The notes beneath the pieces are model-generated. The model ran no database searches and was not told where the DNA came from. It saw nothing but the letters and a program-made list of their open reading frames with translations. A program made the translations under genes and the position numbers. From Octopus sinensis (lineage: Eukaryota): a DNA stretch of 64,000 nt. Below are positions 24,624 through 38,320 of the stretch, piece after piece (the stretch's first letter is position 1; each line of letters begins with the position of its first letter). Location: assembly GCF_006345805.1 (NCBI RefSeq), contig NC_042998.1, positions 23,994,001-24,058,000 on the forward strand, in the 5' to 3' direction.

Positions 24624-26361
24624 CTATTGAAATAGAAATAAACTTGATCAAATATAACAGTATTATTTTCTGTCTTGCCAAGGTGGCGAGTTGGCAGAAT
24701 TGTTAGCGAACTCGACGATATACTTAGCGGTATTTCGTCTGTCGCTACGTTCTGGGTTCAAATTCCGTCGAGGCCGACTTTGCCTTTCATCCATTCGGGT
24801 TTGGTAAATTAAGAACCAGCTGTGTGCTGGGGTCGATTTAATCGACTGGCACCCTTCTCCCACCAAATTTTGTCTGTCTTTACGTTCTGAGTTCAAATTC
24901 CACCGAGGTCAACTTTACCTTTCATCCTTTAGGGGTCGATAAAATAACACTAGGATCGACTCATCCCCTTCCCCAAAGTTGCTACACTCGTGGCGGTAGT
25001 AATTTTATTCAGCTGAATACACGTCATTGATTGGTTGAAATTACCGAAATACGACAACTTTAACACGAAATAACTTTGAAAATATAAACTTTTCTCAACA
25101 ACACTAAGAGTAAAATATGTTTTATATGACACATTCTACCAGTGTCCGAAGTCGGAAAGTGTTTAGTTACAAAAATTAATTTCTCGATCTGCCGTTCAAA
25201 GGGTAAAGATCCTATAAAAGTTGATCTCTGGAGGATTTGAACTCAAGCTATAAAAAATTGAAACTAAATACCGTAAAATAGTGGCATAGCTAACTGAGGA
25301 CCAAGAGGAGCGTCCGCTCTTCCGCCGAGCACATTTTTCAAAATTGGCGCCTTTTATAAAATGTATAACGAATGAGTTAAAAATTGTTTGATATGTATAA
25401 CGATGCCTTTTTTTATGCATTCGCTTCCCACTAACTTTAGAACCTGGCTGCGCCCCTGCCGTAAGGCAATTTGTTCAGCAATACTTTCTTACAGACTCAG
25501 AACCATACATTTATTGGTTTATAGTTTATCGATCTCTATTCGATACAATTAGGTTAGTCAAGTACCAAACTAAACTATGCGCTGCGACTGATATGATTGA
25601 AATAAAACGCTGGGAGACCGTGTCCTAAGCATAGCCACTGGGCAAGGATTGAAACTAGTAAAATAAATACCAAAAATATATATAATGATTTCTAGAAATA
25701 TTTTTGTTACTTTGGACAATTTTTTTTTCGATTGTCGTCGAGAACGCGGGCACTTTAAACATAAATCATTCCACGAATTAACGATCTTGAAATAGAAGCC
25801 AGATTTCCCTCAAACTTGAAAAAAGGATGGGAAATTGTTGTTGACAAACTACAGCAGTAAATGTATTCACCTCAATAGACGTCATTGATTGGTTGAAATT
25901 GCCGAAATGCAAGAAATTTAACAACAAATAGCTTATAAACTACAGAATTTTCTCAAGAAAGCCAAGAGAAAAAGATGTTTTATGTAACACATTCTACCAG
26001 TATACGAAGTTTAAAAGTGTTTAGTTACAAAGAAATTATCTTAAAAATCTGCCGGTCAAAGTGAAAAGATCCAAAGGATGCAATGAATAATATACATTAT
26101 TCTTTTAAATAAATAAATTAACAGCGGGTTGATGGACCAACATAGATGCTAAATAACAACAAGAATAGTCATTATAAATGAAAATAAAATTGTCCTATCA
26201 AATTACCATAAAAGTTATTCTAGCCCTGTAAATTTTCTAAGTGAGAAGCAAGGCTGTATGTAAGTCAACTCATGCCTCTAAACACATCCCGACAACGGTT
26301 GTGTCTGCCCCAGTGTCTGCTGATGATACTGGGAACTTAGGCAGTCACGTAACGATGCCAC

Positions 26362-26850
26362 ATGCTCTTAGAAAGCATCACGTTCATTCTTTCAAATTCA
26401 AAAGCAGAAAATGTGAAAATAACAAATGAAATAAAATACGAAGCAAAATGTGAAAAATCCTTGAATGGGATGAAGCTTATTTTAAAATGTTGCCTAGGTG
26501 ATATTAACGGATGTGACCTCCTCCCTGAACTAGATATTGCAGAAGAATTATTTCCTGGAGACGTTAAGCTTCCGACAGAAGCTGTTAGATTCATCAACAA
26601 TATTAAGTTACAGGATGTCATGTCAAATCTGTGGGATGCGTTAAAAACAATGTTTATAATAATTTTTAACTGTGGCCATGAGAGAGAAAAGCTTTAGTTA
26701 GCTAAAGCTTATAAAGACACATTTACGGTCGACAAGACTGAATAAATTCTATGGCAATTTCCTCAGTTGAATATAATGTTGCAAAAGCGATAGATCTGGA
26801 AAGTGCTATGAAAACATTTGTTGATCAAAAATCGAGAAAAAATGTTTTAA
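26362..26850 (+). pseudogene. Degenerate hAT transposase C-terminus (dimerisation domain)
   Basis: ...SNLWDALKTMF / TVAMREKSFS*LKLIKTHLRST / NSMAISSVEYNVAKAIDLESAMKTFVDQKSRK across frameshifts, matching the hAT motif FPNL..AL...TVASGERSFSKLKLIKT.LRST. Confidence 0.85.
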
Positions 26851-27447
26851 TTAGGATAATGTATGTTTTGTAACATCCATTCTTTTGTCCGTATTCTTCA
26901 ATTTATCAGAAAATTTGTTACAGCTCACAAAAGACCAATAGCACCATTCGAACTTTCTATCTTTCCATTCATTCCCCACTCAGTGTTAGAAAATAATGCG
27001 TCAAAATCATTGACAATAATGTCTGTCTGTTTGTCTCCTAATTATATAAATGGAAGGATTTGAACTTTGGTACTGTGTTTGAACCGTTCTCTTCAGCATT
27101 ATGGCTTCGACTGACGTTTATGGTTGTTTCATGTTATTTACATTGCAACTAATGACTGGCGAAAAGTATAAAAACATCACGAGATCGTTGGCACTTGTTA
27201 ACCTTTACTCTTGCTTACATGCACTTTCAGCATCGCTACTTTTGTATAACGCGTTAAAAATCTGAATTAAAGAAAACATGTCACATTAGAAAATGAGTTT
27301 CCAATAATGAACATATTACTCTAACTGCTGTTTAAAAGATGGAGGCGCGTGGCTCACTGGTTAGGGGTGTTGTATTCATGATCATACGATTTCAGTTTCG
27401 AATCCAGTATCGGGCGATACGTTATATTCTTGAGCAAAAAAAAACTT

Positions 27448-27877
27448 GGATCTTTTCGGTTTGAACGGCAGTTTTTAACATAATTTCTAGGTAACTAAAA
27501 CATTTTAAACTTCGTATACAGATAGAATGTGTTTATAAAACATCTTTTATCTTGGCTTTATTGAGAAAATTCTATAGTTTGTAAGATATTTGTTGTTTTT
27601 TTTTCTTCAATTTCTGCAATTTCAACCAATCACTGATGTCTATTGAGGTAAAAAAAACATTCTGTACCGTACGAATATGTCCCTCGTTTAAGAAACATAT
27701 TGGGTTTATTTACATTTGTTAAGAAAAAAAAGATACCCTTCCCCCCACCCCTAACCCTAACTAACCCTAACCCTAAAAGAGATTGAAATGCAATAGATCG
27801 ATACTAGGGTCATAATTATGGGTGACAATTTCATATGAAACCGCTAGAAAAAACTGCCGTTCAAACCGAAAAGATCC
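27448..27877. mobile_element. MITE with 28-bp TIR and internal telomere-like repeats
   Basis: GGATCTTTTCGGTTTGAACGGCAGTTTT ... AAAACTGCCGTTCAAACCGAAAAGATCC; (CCCTAA)n at 27749-27776. Fragments of the family at ~25000-25210 and ~25860-26071. Confidence 0.9.
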
Positions 27878-28267
27878 TGAAAATATACTCTAACTGTTGT
27901 TTAAAAAGATGGAGGCGCGTGGTTTACTGGTTAGGAGGTGTTGTACTCATGATCATACGGTTTCAGTTTCGAATCCAGTATCGGGCGATGCGTTATCTTC
28001 TTGAGCAAAAACACTTCTTTTCACCTTGTTCCTGTTCACTCACCTGGCAAAAATGAATAACAGTGCAACGGGTCGGCGTTCTGTCCAGGGGTGGGGAATG
28101 CAAATGCTACAGAATCCGAGAAACCGATAGAATAAGTACCACGCTTTAAGAAAATAAGCAGCCGGGTCGAATTCGTTCGACTAAAATTCTTGAAAGAGGT
28201 GCCCCAGCATGGCCGCAGTCTAATCACTAAAACAGGTAAAAGATAAAATTTGATGTATCATATATTG

Positions 28268-28500
28268 AAGGCGGCGAGCTGGCAGAAACGGTAGCACGCC
28301 GGGCGAAATGCGAAGCCGTATTTCGTCTGCCGTTACGTTCTGAGTTCAAATTCCGCCGAGGTTGACTTTGCCTTTCATCCTTTCGGGGTCGATAAATTAA
28401 GTACCAGTTACGCACTGGGGTCGATGGAATCGACTTAATCCGTTTGTCTGTCCTTGTTTGTCCCCTCTGTGTTTAGCCCCTTGTGGGTAATAAAGAAATA
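28268..28500 (+). mobile_element. SINE family 1, full length with TSD
   Basis: Flanked by ATGTATCATATAT at 28253-28265 and 28505-28517. Confidence 0.93.
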
Positions 28501-28689
28501 TATAATGTATCATATATGAGTAGAGGGAAAGAGTTCACGCTAATCGTGCTCAATAAATTATAATCTCTCTCTCTTTCCTCTCTCTCTCTCTCTCTCTGAA
28601 TGTGTATTTCAACGTGTTTGTGTGTGCGCGCGCGTTTGCCTCCAGTGCCAAATACGTACTGTCACCATTAGAGAGAGGTTGGTGAAGGA

Positions 28690-28935
28690 AGGCGGCGAGC
28701 TGGCAGAAGCGTTAGCACGCCGGATGAAAAGCTTATCGGCATTTCGTCTGCCGTTACGTTTTGAGTTCAAATTCCGCCGAGGTCGGCTTTGCCTTTCATC
28801 CTTTCGGGGTCGATAAATTAAGCACCAGTTATGCACTGGGGATCGATTTAATCGACTTAATACCTATGTCTGTCCTTGTTTGTCCCCTCTATGTTTAGCC
28901 CCTTGTGGGTAATAAAGAAATAGGTATTTTCTGCC
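28690..28935 (+). mobile_element. SINE family 1 ending in the start of a second unit
   Basis: Tail reads AAAGAAATAG|GTATTTTCTGCC, the same junction as in the multimers. Confidence 0.85.
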
Positions 28936-30656
28936 AAGACGATTGTTTTGATTTACAGGTAGTTTTGCTGCTATTTCTAGCAGGTTTTATTTTCAGGTAG
29001 AGACTCCTTGAGCTACAAAAAAGTGAAGCGGTGATTTCTCACTTTTAGTTTTAAGGATCATTATTATAGACACTGGGGTCGATGTAATCGACTAGCCCCC
29101 TTCCCCAAAAATTTCAGGCATTGTGCCTATAGTAGAAAGGATTATTATAGACACTATTAAAGGTGTCGAGCTGGCAGAATCGTTAGCTTAGCAGCATTTC
29201 GTCTGTCTTTATGTTCTGAGTTCAAATTCCACCGAGGTCGACTTCGCCGTTCACCCTTTTTGTGTCGATCAAATAGTTACCAGCTGAGCACCGACGTCGA
29301 TATAACCGACTTATCCCGTCCATCGAAACTGCTGGCTTTGAGTCAATATTTGAAATTCTTATTATAGTAAGGCGGCAAGTTGGCAGCATCGTGAGCACGC
29401 GGGACAAAATGCTTAGCAGCAATTTCGTCCGTCTCTATGTTCTGAGTTCAAATGCCGCCAAGGTCGACTTCGCCTTTCATCCTTTCGAGCTCGACTTTGC
29501 TATCGTCCTTTCGGGGTCGATGAAATAAATACCAACTGCGATAATTTGAGAAGCGGTGACAAGTGACAATTTTTGTGAATAATAATATTTTATAAGCTTA
29601 ACAATAATGGTAATCTTTTCTACTCTAGGCACAAGGCCAGAAATTTTGTGGGGAGGATGGTGGGGGGGCCAGTCGATTAGACCGACAAGTACGCAACTGG
29701 TACTTAATTTATCGGTCCCGAAAGGATGAAAGGCAAAGTCGACCTCGGCGGAATTTGAACTCAGAATGGTTGATGTAATCGTCTTTTCCTCCTCCACCAA
29801 ATTTCCAGACCTTGTGCATTTAGCAGAAGGGATCATGCTCCACTCCATTATTTCAAAGTCATTTAAAAAGAATTGATTCCTAATTTGAATATTATTTCTA
29901 CTATAAAATCTCTTTCATTCATTCTCTTTCTCCTTTTCACACTTTCTCCCTTCTTTTCTTCACGCTATTTACTCACACATTTCTTTCATTCAACCGCATC
30001 TCACTCTTTCTCCTACCCATTTACCATCTATACCACTCCAGTCTCTCTTCATCCACTCCAAAACCAACCTCTTTATATCCCACTCATTCTCATACCGAAC
30101 ACCGCCCTCCATCTCTTTCATACCACACACATGCTTTTCCTCAACACGTCTCTCCTTTTCCCTTCTCTTCTTCACAATTCTTCTCACCCCACCCCCCGGC
30201 ATAATTCGCCGCAAAACACACGCTAATAGACTAGAAACATGTTTATTATAACCTGCAAGTTTGTACAAGCTCTGATATTCAACACAAACCACAGTCACAA
30301 CAAACGTGCATACATCGTTTCTTATTTCTCTTTTCTGTACATCTTAATTCTTATTTTCCCGTTTGTAGAGTGTAAAAATTACTGTGAATGTTTTTGGAAA
30401 AAATCTGAGCTCAATTTACTATGTTAATCGTGTTTATGTGTAATAATTGGGTAGTCGTGTTTTTTTTTTTAATGTTATTATTATTTTTTTTTAATGTGAA
30501 CCAGCAATTAGGTATTATGTATGTGTTACGTGACTGAATATATATACACATGAAATATCACTAAACAACCGTGCGGGCGAGAACGTGTAAGGAAGGAATT
30601 AATTGTGTTTCTTCGTCTCGGCTTGCAGGAGTGCTTTATAGTTTTATAACGATATG

Positions 30657-30749
30657 AGCACACACACACACACACGCACACACACACAAACACAAACACA
30701 CACACACAAACACACACAAACAAACAAACACACACACACACAAACACAA

Positions 30750-30781
<32 letters not shown>

Positions 30782-30834
30782 ACACGCACACAGACACACA
30801 CAAACACACACACACAAACACACACACACACAAA

Positions 30835-30875
<41 letters not shown>

Positions 30876-30933
30876 ACAGACACACACACACACAAACAAA
30901 CACACACACACATACACACACACAAACACACAC
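30657..30933. repeat. (CA)n with CAAA/CAGA variants
   Basis: Direct reading. Confidence 0.97.
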
Positions 30934-31407
30934 ATTTTTATCTCTTCCTTCATTCAGACATTAGATTCCGGCCATAATGGAGCACCGCCTTGAAGAATCT
31001 CAGCCAAACGAATCGACCCCGGTACTTATTCTATCGGTCTCTGAACCGCTAAGTTACGGTGACGTAAACACATCAACCCCCATTTTCAAGTGGTGGAGAG
31101 AGAGAGAGAGAGAGAGAGACAAACACAGTCACAAATACATACGACGGGCTTCTTTCAGTTTCCGTCAACCAAATCCCTTCACAAAGCTTTGGGCTTTAGC
31201 AGAATACCTGGGCTATAGTAGAAGATTCTTGCTCAAGGTACCGTGCAGTGGGATTGAACCTGGAATCAGGGTTGGGAAATGAGACGAAACTTTTTGACAC
31301 ATCGTAACGCACACACATTCATATTCCCATGGAAACAGAATATATATATACTCGGGTGTGTATACACACAGGCACATATATATTCAGTAAATAATATTTT
31401 ATAAGCT

Positions 31408-31462
31408 TATTATTATTATTATTATTACTATTATCATTATCATTATAATTATTATTATTACT

Positions 31463-31493
<31 letters not shown>

Positions 31494-31507
31494 CTATTAT
31501 CATTATA

Positions 31508-31544
<37 letters not shown>

Positions 31545-31627
31545 TCTTACTATTATCATTATTATTATTATTATTATATTATTATTATTATTATTATTAT
31601 TTCTACTACTACTAATACTACTACTAC
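31408..31627. repeat. (ATT/ATC/ACT)n array
   Basis: Direct reading. Confidence 0.97.
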
Positions 31628-32160
31628 TGCGAGCTGGCAGAAACGTTAGCACGCCGGACGAAATGCTTCGAAATATTTCGTCTGTCTTTACGTTCTGGGT
31701 TCAAATTCCGCCGAGGTCGACTTTACCTTTCATCCTTTCGAGGTCGATAAATAAATTAATTACCAGTTGTGTACTGGAGTCGATCTAATCGACTGGCCCC
31801 CATCCTCCCCCGCAAAATTTCTGGCCTTGTGTCTAAAGTAGAAAAGATTATCATTATTGTTAAGCTTATAAAATATTATTATTCACAGAAATTGTCACTC
31901 GTCACCGCTTCTCAAATTATCGCAGAAAACACACACACACACACACACACCACGCACGCGCGCACACACACACACATTTGAGTGCGTGTGTGTATCTTAA
32001 ATCTTCAAGATGTTTTGTTTCATCTTCCTTCATTACTTCTCCAGTTTTACTTTCTAAATTTGATTCCGTTGAAAAATTGTTATTCTTCCATTCGTTTTTT
32101 TCTCATTTCTTTCATATTTTATCCTTTGAATATTTCCTCTCAAAAAAACGATTTAGCGAG

Positions 32161-32460
32161 CACTCACTTGAAAAGTTTTGCAAATCGTTTCCAAGTTATC
32201 TCCCTTGCGCCCTTTTCCTTGCGTAACGAAACACCTGCAAGATGAATACCTCCACTTTAATGAGTCTATGAAAATAATCGGATGTTCTGCCTGATTAAAG
32301 TATACAAATCCTGCTCCACACCTCGAATCATTAGATTACTGTTTCTGATAGTTAGTATCTCATGGTTTTATGAAGAAATCTCTGACATTCTAAGCCCTAG
32401 GTGTCAGGAGCAATTTCTTTGCTAATAAAACATACACACGCACACGCATGCGCGGAATAT
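32161..32460 (-). promoter_or_regulatory. Candidate promoter plus non-coding first exon (minus strand)
   Basis: NRF1-like CGCGCATGCG around 32445-32454, a CpG-retaining unique patch, and a strong donor CAA|GTGAGT at 32168/32167. No ATG in the frames open up to the donor. Confidence 0.25.
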
Positions 32461-32656
32461 GCCTCGCCTGTGTGTAATAAAAATCTATTTTATAAAGAAA
32501 TGACATTCGCAATTTCCAAAATAAAACAAATGATTAAATGTTATTAACTAATATATGTACATATGTGTGTGTGTATGTGCACACGCTTATGTATGTATGT
32601 ATGTATGTATGTATGTATGCTTACCTGTCAGCAATAATAACACACACATTTATATA

Positions 32657-32816
32657 TGGAGTGGCTGTGTGATAAGTAGCTTGCTTACGAACCACATGGT
32701 TCCGGGTTCAGTCCCACTGCGTGGCATCTTGGGCAAGTGTCTTCTGCTATAGCCCCGGGCTGACCAATGCCTTGTAAGTGGATTTGGTAGACGGAATCTG
32801 AAAGAAGCCTGTCGTA

Positions 32817-32863
<47 letters not shown>

Positions 32864-33080
32864 ATGTGTTTGTGTGTCTGTGTTTGTCTCCCTAGCATTG
32901 CTTGACAACCGATGCTGGTGTGTTTATGTCCCCCATAACTTAGCAGTTCGGCAAAAGAGATCGATGGAATAAGTACTGGGCTTACAAAGAATAAGTCCCA
33001 GGGTCGATCTGCTCGACTGAAGGCGGTGCTCCAGCATGGCTGCAGTCAAATGGCTGAAACAAGTAAAAGAGTAAAGAGTA
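32657..33080 (+). mobile_element. SINE family 2, full length
   Basis: Consensus match; an opposite-orientation copy lies at 34497-34880. Confidence 0.9.
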
Positions 33081-34020
33081 TATATAAAATAAATGTTCCT
33101 TCTTGAGTCATGCCAAGTCCATAAGGGCCGGCTTCCTGGTTTAATTGCCGTAGAAATTCCCCACCTGAACGGGATGCCGGTCCGTCGCATGATTACTCAT
33201 TTTTGCCAGCTGAGTGGACTGGAACAACGTGAAATTAAATGTTTTGCTCAAGAACACAATGCATCGTCCGGTCCAGGAATTGAAACCACAACCTTTCGAT
33301 CATGAGTTCAACACCCTAACCACTAAGCTATGTACATACACTCTAAGCCAAGCACCTCCACACTAAGCCACACACCTCCATACACACGCACACACACACA
33401 CATATATATATACAGGCACATGGTCAAGTGGATAGGTATGTTTTATTCACAGTTGTGAGATTGTGGTTTCAATTCCCAGATTGACTGTGCATTGTGTTCT
33501 TGAACAAGGAACTTCATTTCACATTACTCCAGTCCACTCAGCTGTAAATAGGTCACTCTGCGACAGCTACCCTTCTAGTAATGTCACTCCTCTGGCCAGT
33601 GGAGAAGCATCATTAAAAAGGTAAAACAATACAAAACACACAGTGACCAGCGATGTATAACAATATCCGATGTGGTGTATATATATATAGAGTGCGATGG
33701 GTAAAGTGTCACAATTTTATAGCTTTAATTTCATTCATGCACATTAATATGCTCATTAATTTTTTTATCTATATCATCATCATCATTGTGGTCGTTTAAC
33801 GTCCGCTTTCCATGCTGGCATGGGTTGGACAGTTTGACTAAGGGCTGGTGAGCCAGAAGGCTGCACTAGGCTCTAATCTGATCTGGCAAGATTTCTACAG
33901 CTGGATGCCCTTCCTAACGCCAACCACTCCGAGAATGTAGTGGGTGCTTTTACTTGCCACTGGCATGAGGGCCAGTCAGTGAGTACTGACATTGACCAAC
34001 ACATATATATATATATATTA

Positions 34021-34250
34021 AGGCGGCGAGCTGGCAGAAACGTTAGCATGCCGGGCGAAATGCTTAGCGGTATTTTGTCTGCCGTTACGTTCTGAGTTCA
34101 AATTCCGCTGAGGTCGACTTTGCCTTTCATGCTTTCGGGGGTCGATTAAATAAGTACCAGTTACGCACTGGGGTCGATATAATCGACTTAATCCGTTTGT
34201 CTGTCCTTGTTTGTCCCCTCTGTGTTTAGCCCCTTGTGGGTAGTAAAGAA

Positions 34251-34253
<3 letters not shown>
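34021..34253 (+). mobile_element. SINE family 1, full length
   Basis: Consensus match with some CpG-to-TpG changes. Confidence 0.9.
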
Positions 34254-34300
<47 letters not shown>

Positions 34301-34445
34301 ATGATGATGATGATGATGATATATATTTCGTTTTTGGATTTGGTTTGCAAGAATCTTTATATGAGTTTGTGTGTTGAAGCATATTCTGTTGTGTCTGGGG
34401 AGAGACATTTTCTTTTTGTGCCTTATTATGTAACACACTCATCTC

Positions 34446-34486
<41 letters not shown>

Positions 34487-34900
34487 GTTTTTTTCTTTTT
34501 ACTTGTTTCAGTCATTTTGACTGCAGCCATGCTGGAGCACCGCCTTTAATTGAGCAACTCGACCCCAGGACTTATACTTTGTAAGCCCAGTACTTATTCT
34601 ATCAGTCTCTTTTGCTGAACCGCTAAGTGACGGGGACATAAACACACCAGCATCGGTTGTCAAGCAATGCTAGGGGAACAAACACAGACTCACAAACATA
34701 CACGCACACACACACATATATATATATACATATATACAACGGGCTTCTTTCAGTTTCCATCTACCAAATCCACTCACAAGGCTTTGGTCAGCCCGAGGCT
34801 ATAGTAGAAGACACTTGCCCAAGGTGCTACACAGTGGGATTGAACCCGGAACCATGTGGTTGGTAAACAAGCTACTTACCATAAATATATATATATATAT

Positions 34901-34943
<43 letters not shown>

Positions 34944-35141
34944 AATATATATATAGGACAAAATGAAAAAAATACATTAAGATGAAGTAAAAACAAAGCG
35001 TATTGACTTGATGACCGGAAAATTGGAAGAAGTCTTTCATGTATCAGGTGTATGCTGTTATACAGAAAGGATGTGTGAGGAGAGAGAAAAAACAGAAGAA
35101 TGTGTGTGTATATGTTTGCTTGTATGTGTGTGTGTGTTTTA

Positions 35142-35172
<31 letters not shown>

Positions 35173-35315
35173 CATTTTAATACCCTCTATTGCTTTTTTG
35201 TTCCATTGATATAATATATATATATATATATATATATACATGCATGAAAGTGTGTATCCAAAATATATGTTCATAATAATTAAATTAATTAGTATGGAAA
35301 CTTAGAAGAGAAACA

Positions 35316-35560
35316 TTAACTGCAACCAGACATTTCGGTAAGATTATAATTTTCACATTTTGCATGAGCAGACTTGTTTAAGATGCAGGGAATATCTAAT
35401 TCCCATGGAAGTTCTTGTTCATTCAACCAAAACTGTTCAATCTGCTTAAGCCCGTAATAAACGTGTATAGCTATAATAGCCGTTTTTTTCTCCATAAGAA
35501 ACAGATAAATCCCTAAAGTGAATTCTATATTTGGAAAGCAAGATTCCAAATGGTAGTCTC
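35316..35560 (-). pseudogene. Possible degenerate hAT dimerisation-domain relic
   Basis: CFPNIEFTLGIYLFLM...YGLKQIEQ...ELDIPCILNKSAHAK loosely follows FPN.EIAL.I.L.L...FSKLK.IKN...LDF..II..FA..K. Confidence 0.45.
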
Positions 35561-36041
35561 CTAGCAAATGACAAAACGGAAGATAAATACAATCTTTATT
35601 TTTATCTATTTAACTTTTTGTTATCTTTGCCAGCTTCAGATCACTAAGTCTGATTCTCAAAAAACTCGCTCAGTTCATGTGCATGCATGAAATTAAAAGT
35701 ATAAAATGGTGACAATTTACCCATCACACTCTATATATATATATACCACATTGGATGTTGTTATACATCGTTGGTCACTGTGTGCTTTGCATCGCTTTAC
35801 CTTTTTAATGATGCTTCCGCACTGGCTAGAGGAGTGACATTATTGGAAGGGTAGCCTGTTGCCGAGTGGACCGTTTGTTTAGAGCTGAGTGGATTGGAGT
35901 AATGTGAAATGGAGTACCTTGCTCAAGAACACAATGTGCAGTCAATCTGGGAATTGAAACCCTAATCTCACAACTGTGAATGAAACATGCCTAAACAACT
36001 TGGCCATATGCCTGTATATATATATGACATATATATATATG

Positions 36042-36134
<93 letters not shown>

Positions 36135-36666
36135 AGCTCAAGGTGGCCCTTCCATTTACTGCCCCTGGACCTCACAAAAAACACGTATTACCTATAGCAG
36201 ACCCAAAAGTGCCACCCTTTTAAAAGTGCCGCCCAGGACAGACTGCTCCCCCCACACAGCTATGCTAGTGCACAACATTGACATATTCAGATTCTGACCT
36301 TTGCAATATCAATGATGGGGAATGTCTGCATGGTCACTTAAGCTGCTAGAAATAGCATCAGGTGTTCTTCTAAATCTTCTGTACATTGGTGCAGGTGTGG
36401 CTGTGTGGTTAAGAAGCTCAGCTTGCAGCTACTTGCTTTTGGGGTTTCAGTCCTATTGCATGGCACCATCGCCACATTGGGCTGACCAATGCCTTGCATA
36501 GAGTACCAGTCAAAAACTGGTGTTGACGTATTTGACTAACCTCATATCTTATCATCTTCATCATCATCATCATCATCATCATTTAACAATTTGGAAATCT
36601 GGAAAGTAGAGACTGAGTGGAGACTCATTGTGTGTGTATGTGTGTGTGTACATGTGTGTGCATATA

Positions 36667-36698
<32 letters not shown>

Positions 36699-37003
36699 AG
36701 TATGTATGTGTATGTATATGTTTGTATATACCAGACTAAGTACATAAATGTGAAACAAGGTGGAAAAATAGTATATATGTATATATATATATATATATAT
36801 ATGTGTGTATATATATGTATGTATATATGTGTATGTATGTATGTGTGTATGTAAATGTGTGTGTATATATATATCCTTACTTGGAGGATAAGAAACGATG
36901 TGAGGCGCTCAGTCATATAATAACAATTTAACAAATAAAACATATGCATACATACATACATACATATATTTACATACCTACATCTATATGTATATATACA
37001 TGC

Positions 37004-37038
<35 letters not shown>

Positions 37039-37230
37039 ATATGAGTACAGGACACCACAAATAAACATAGAACAACACGATCCGGCCGAAGCAGTCCTGC
37101 AAAATGAATTAAATAAAATTCTTTTGCAGAGTGGTAAAAAAAAGAAAAAAAGTGACAAGAACAGGACGTAAAAGCAATACAAATAAAAATACAGTACACA
37201 TAAAGAATAAAAACAGGAGAAGGAAACCAA

Positions 37231-37357
37231 CAGGGTGTCCATAAAGTCTGGGTACATGGAATAAATAAAATCATAACATAAAGAATTAAATATAAGAAAT
37301 AATAATTTCTTAAAGTATGTGTTAATCCTCATATACCCAGACTTTGTGGACACCCTG
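37231..37357. mobile_element. Tc1/mariner MITE (127 bp)
   Basis: TIR CAGGGTGTCCATAAAGTCTGGGTA / TACCCAGACTTTGTGGACACCCTG, with TA at the right end. Confidence 0.88.
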
Positions 37358-37704
37358 TACATATATGTAACTCCTTCGACTAACACTGTTGGTCAACTAG
37401 TCATTTTCCCCACTTACTGCTCCATTCATCTAACTGAGGAAACATACACACATGTGGAACCCAAAAAGTCACTAAACTGTGAGCCTAAAGACTTAACAAA
37501 CTTTTTCCTTTTCTTTTCTTTTCCCTTTTCTCCTATTTATATTCCTCTAAATCATTCTGACGATGTTTGTTAAATTGAATGAGATAAATGCAAATTTAAC
37601 TCGATTTGATAAGCAGAAACAGCTGTAAATGGTTCTGAACTACAATTAAACTATGACTTTTTAATACCAATGATCAGCTTCTCATTGTTAATTATTGCTC
37701 TATT

Positions 37705-37772
<68 letters not shown>

Positions 37773-38277
37773 TTCTCTCTCAATATATATATATATATAT
37801 ATATCACCATCATCATCATCGTTTAACATCCATTTTCCATGCTGGCATGGGTTGGATGGTTCGACTGGGGTCTGGGAAGCTGATCGGGCAGTGTTTCTAC
37901 AGCTGGATGTCCTTCCTAACGCCAAGCACTCCAAGAGTGTAGTGGGTGCTTTTTATGTGCCACCAACACAGGGGCCAGAGGAGCTGGCATCGACCACGTT
38001 TGGATGGTGCTTTTTACATGCTACCAGCACGGGGGGGGGGGTCACAACTACAATTTGCATTTGATTTGATTATATATATGTATATATGTATATGTGTATA
38101 TATATATATTATATATATATATATAATATATATATATATACATATACATATACACACACACACATATATATATATATATGAAAAAACAAGTCAAGATAGA
38201 AAATGCTAAAATAATTTTATAAGAACATTTCAGTACCGGTTTCAAGTCATTTGATCAACTCGTGTGTTCCTTTTCAT

Positions 38278-38316
<39 letters not shown>

Positions 38317-38320
<4 letters not shown>

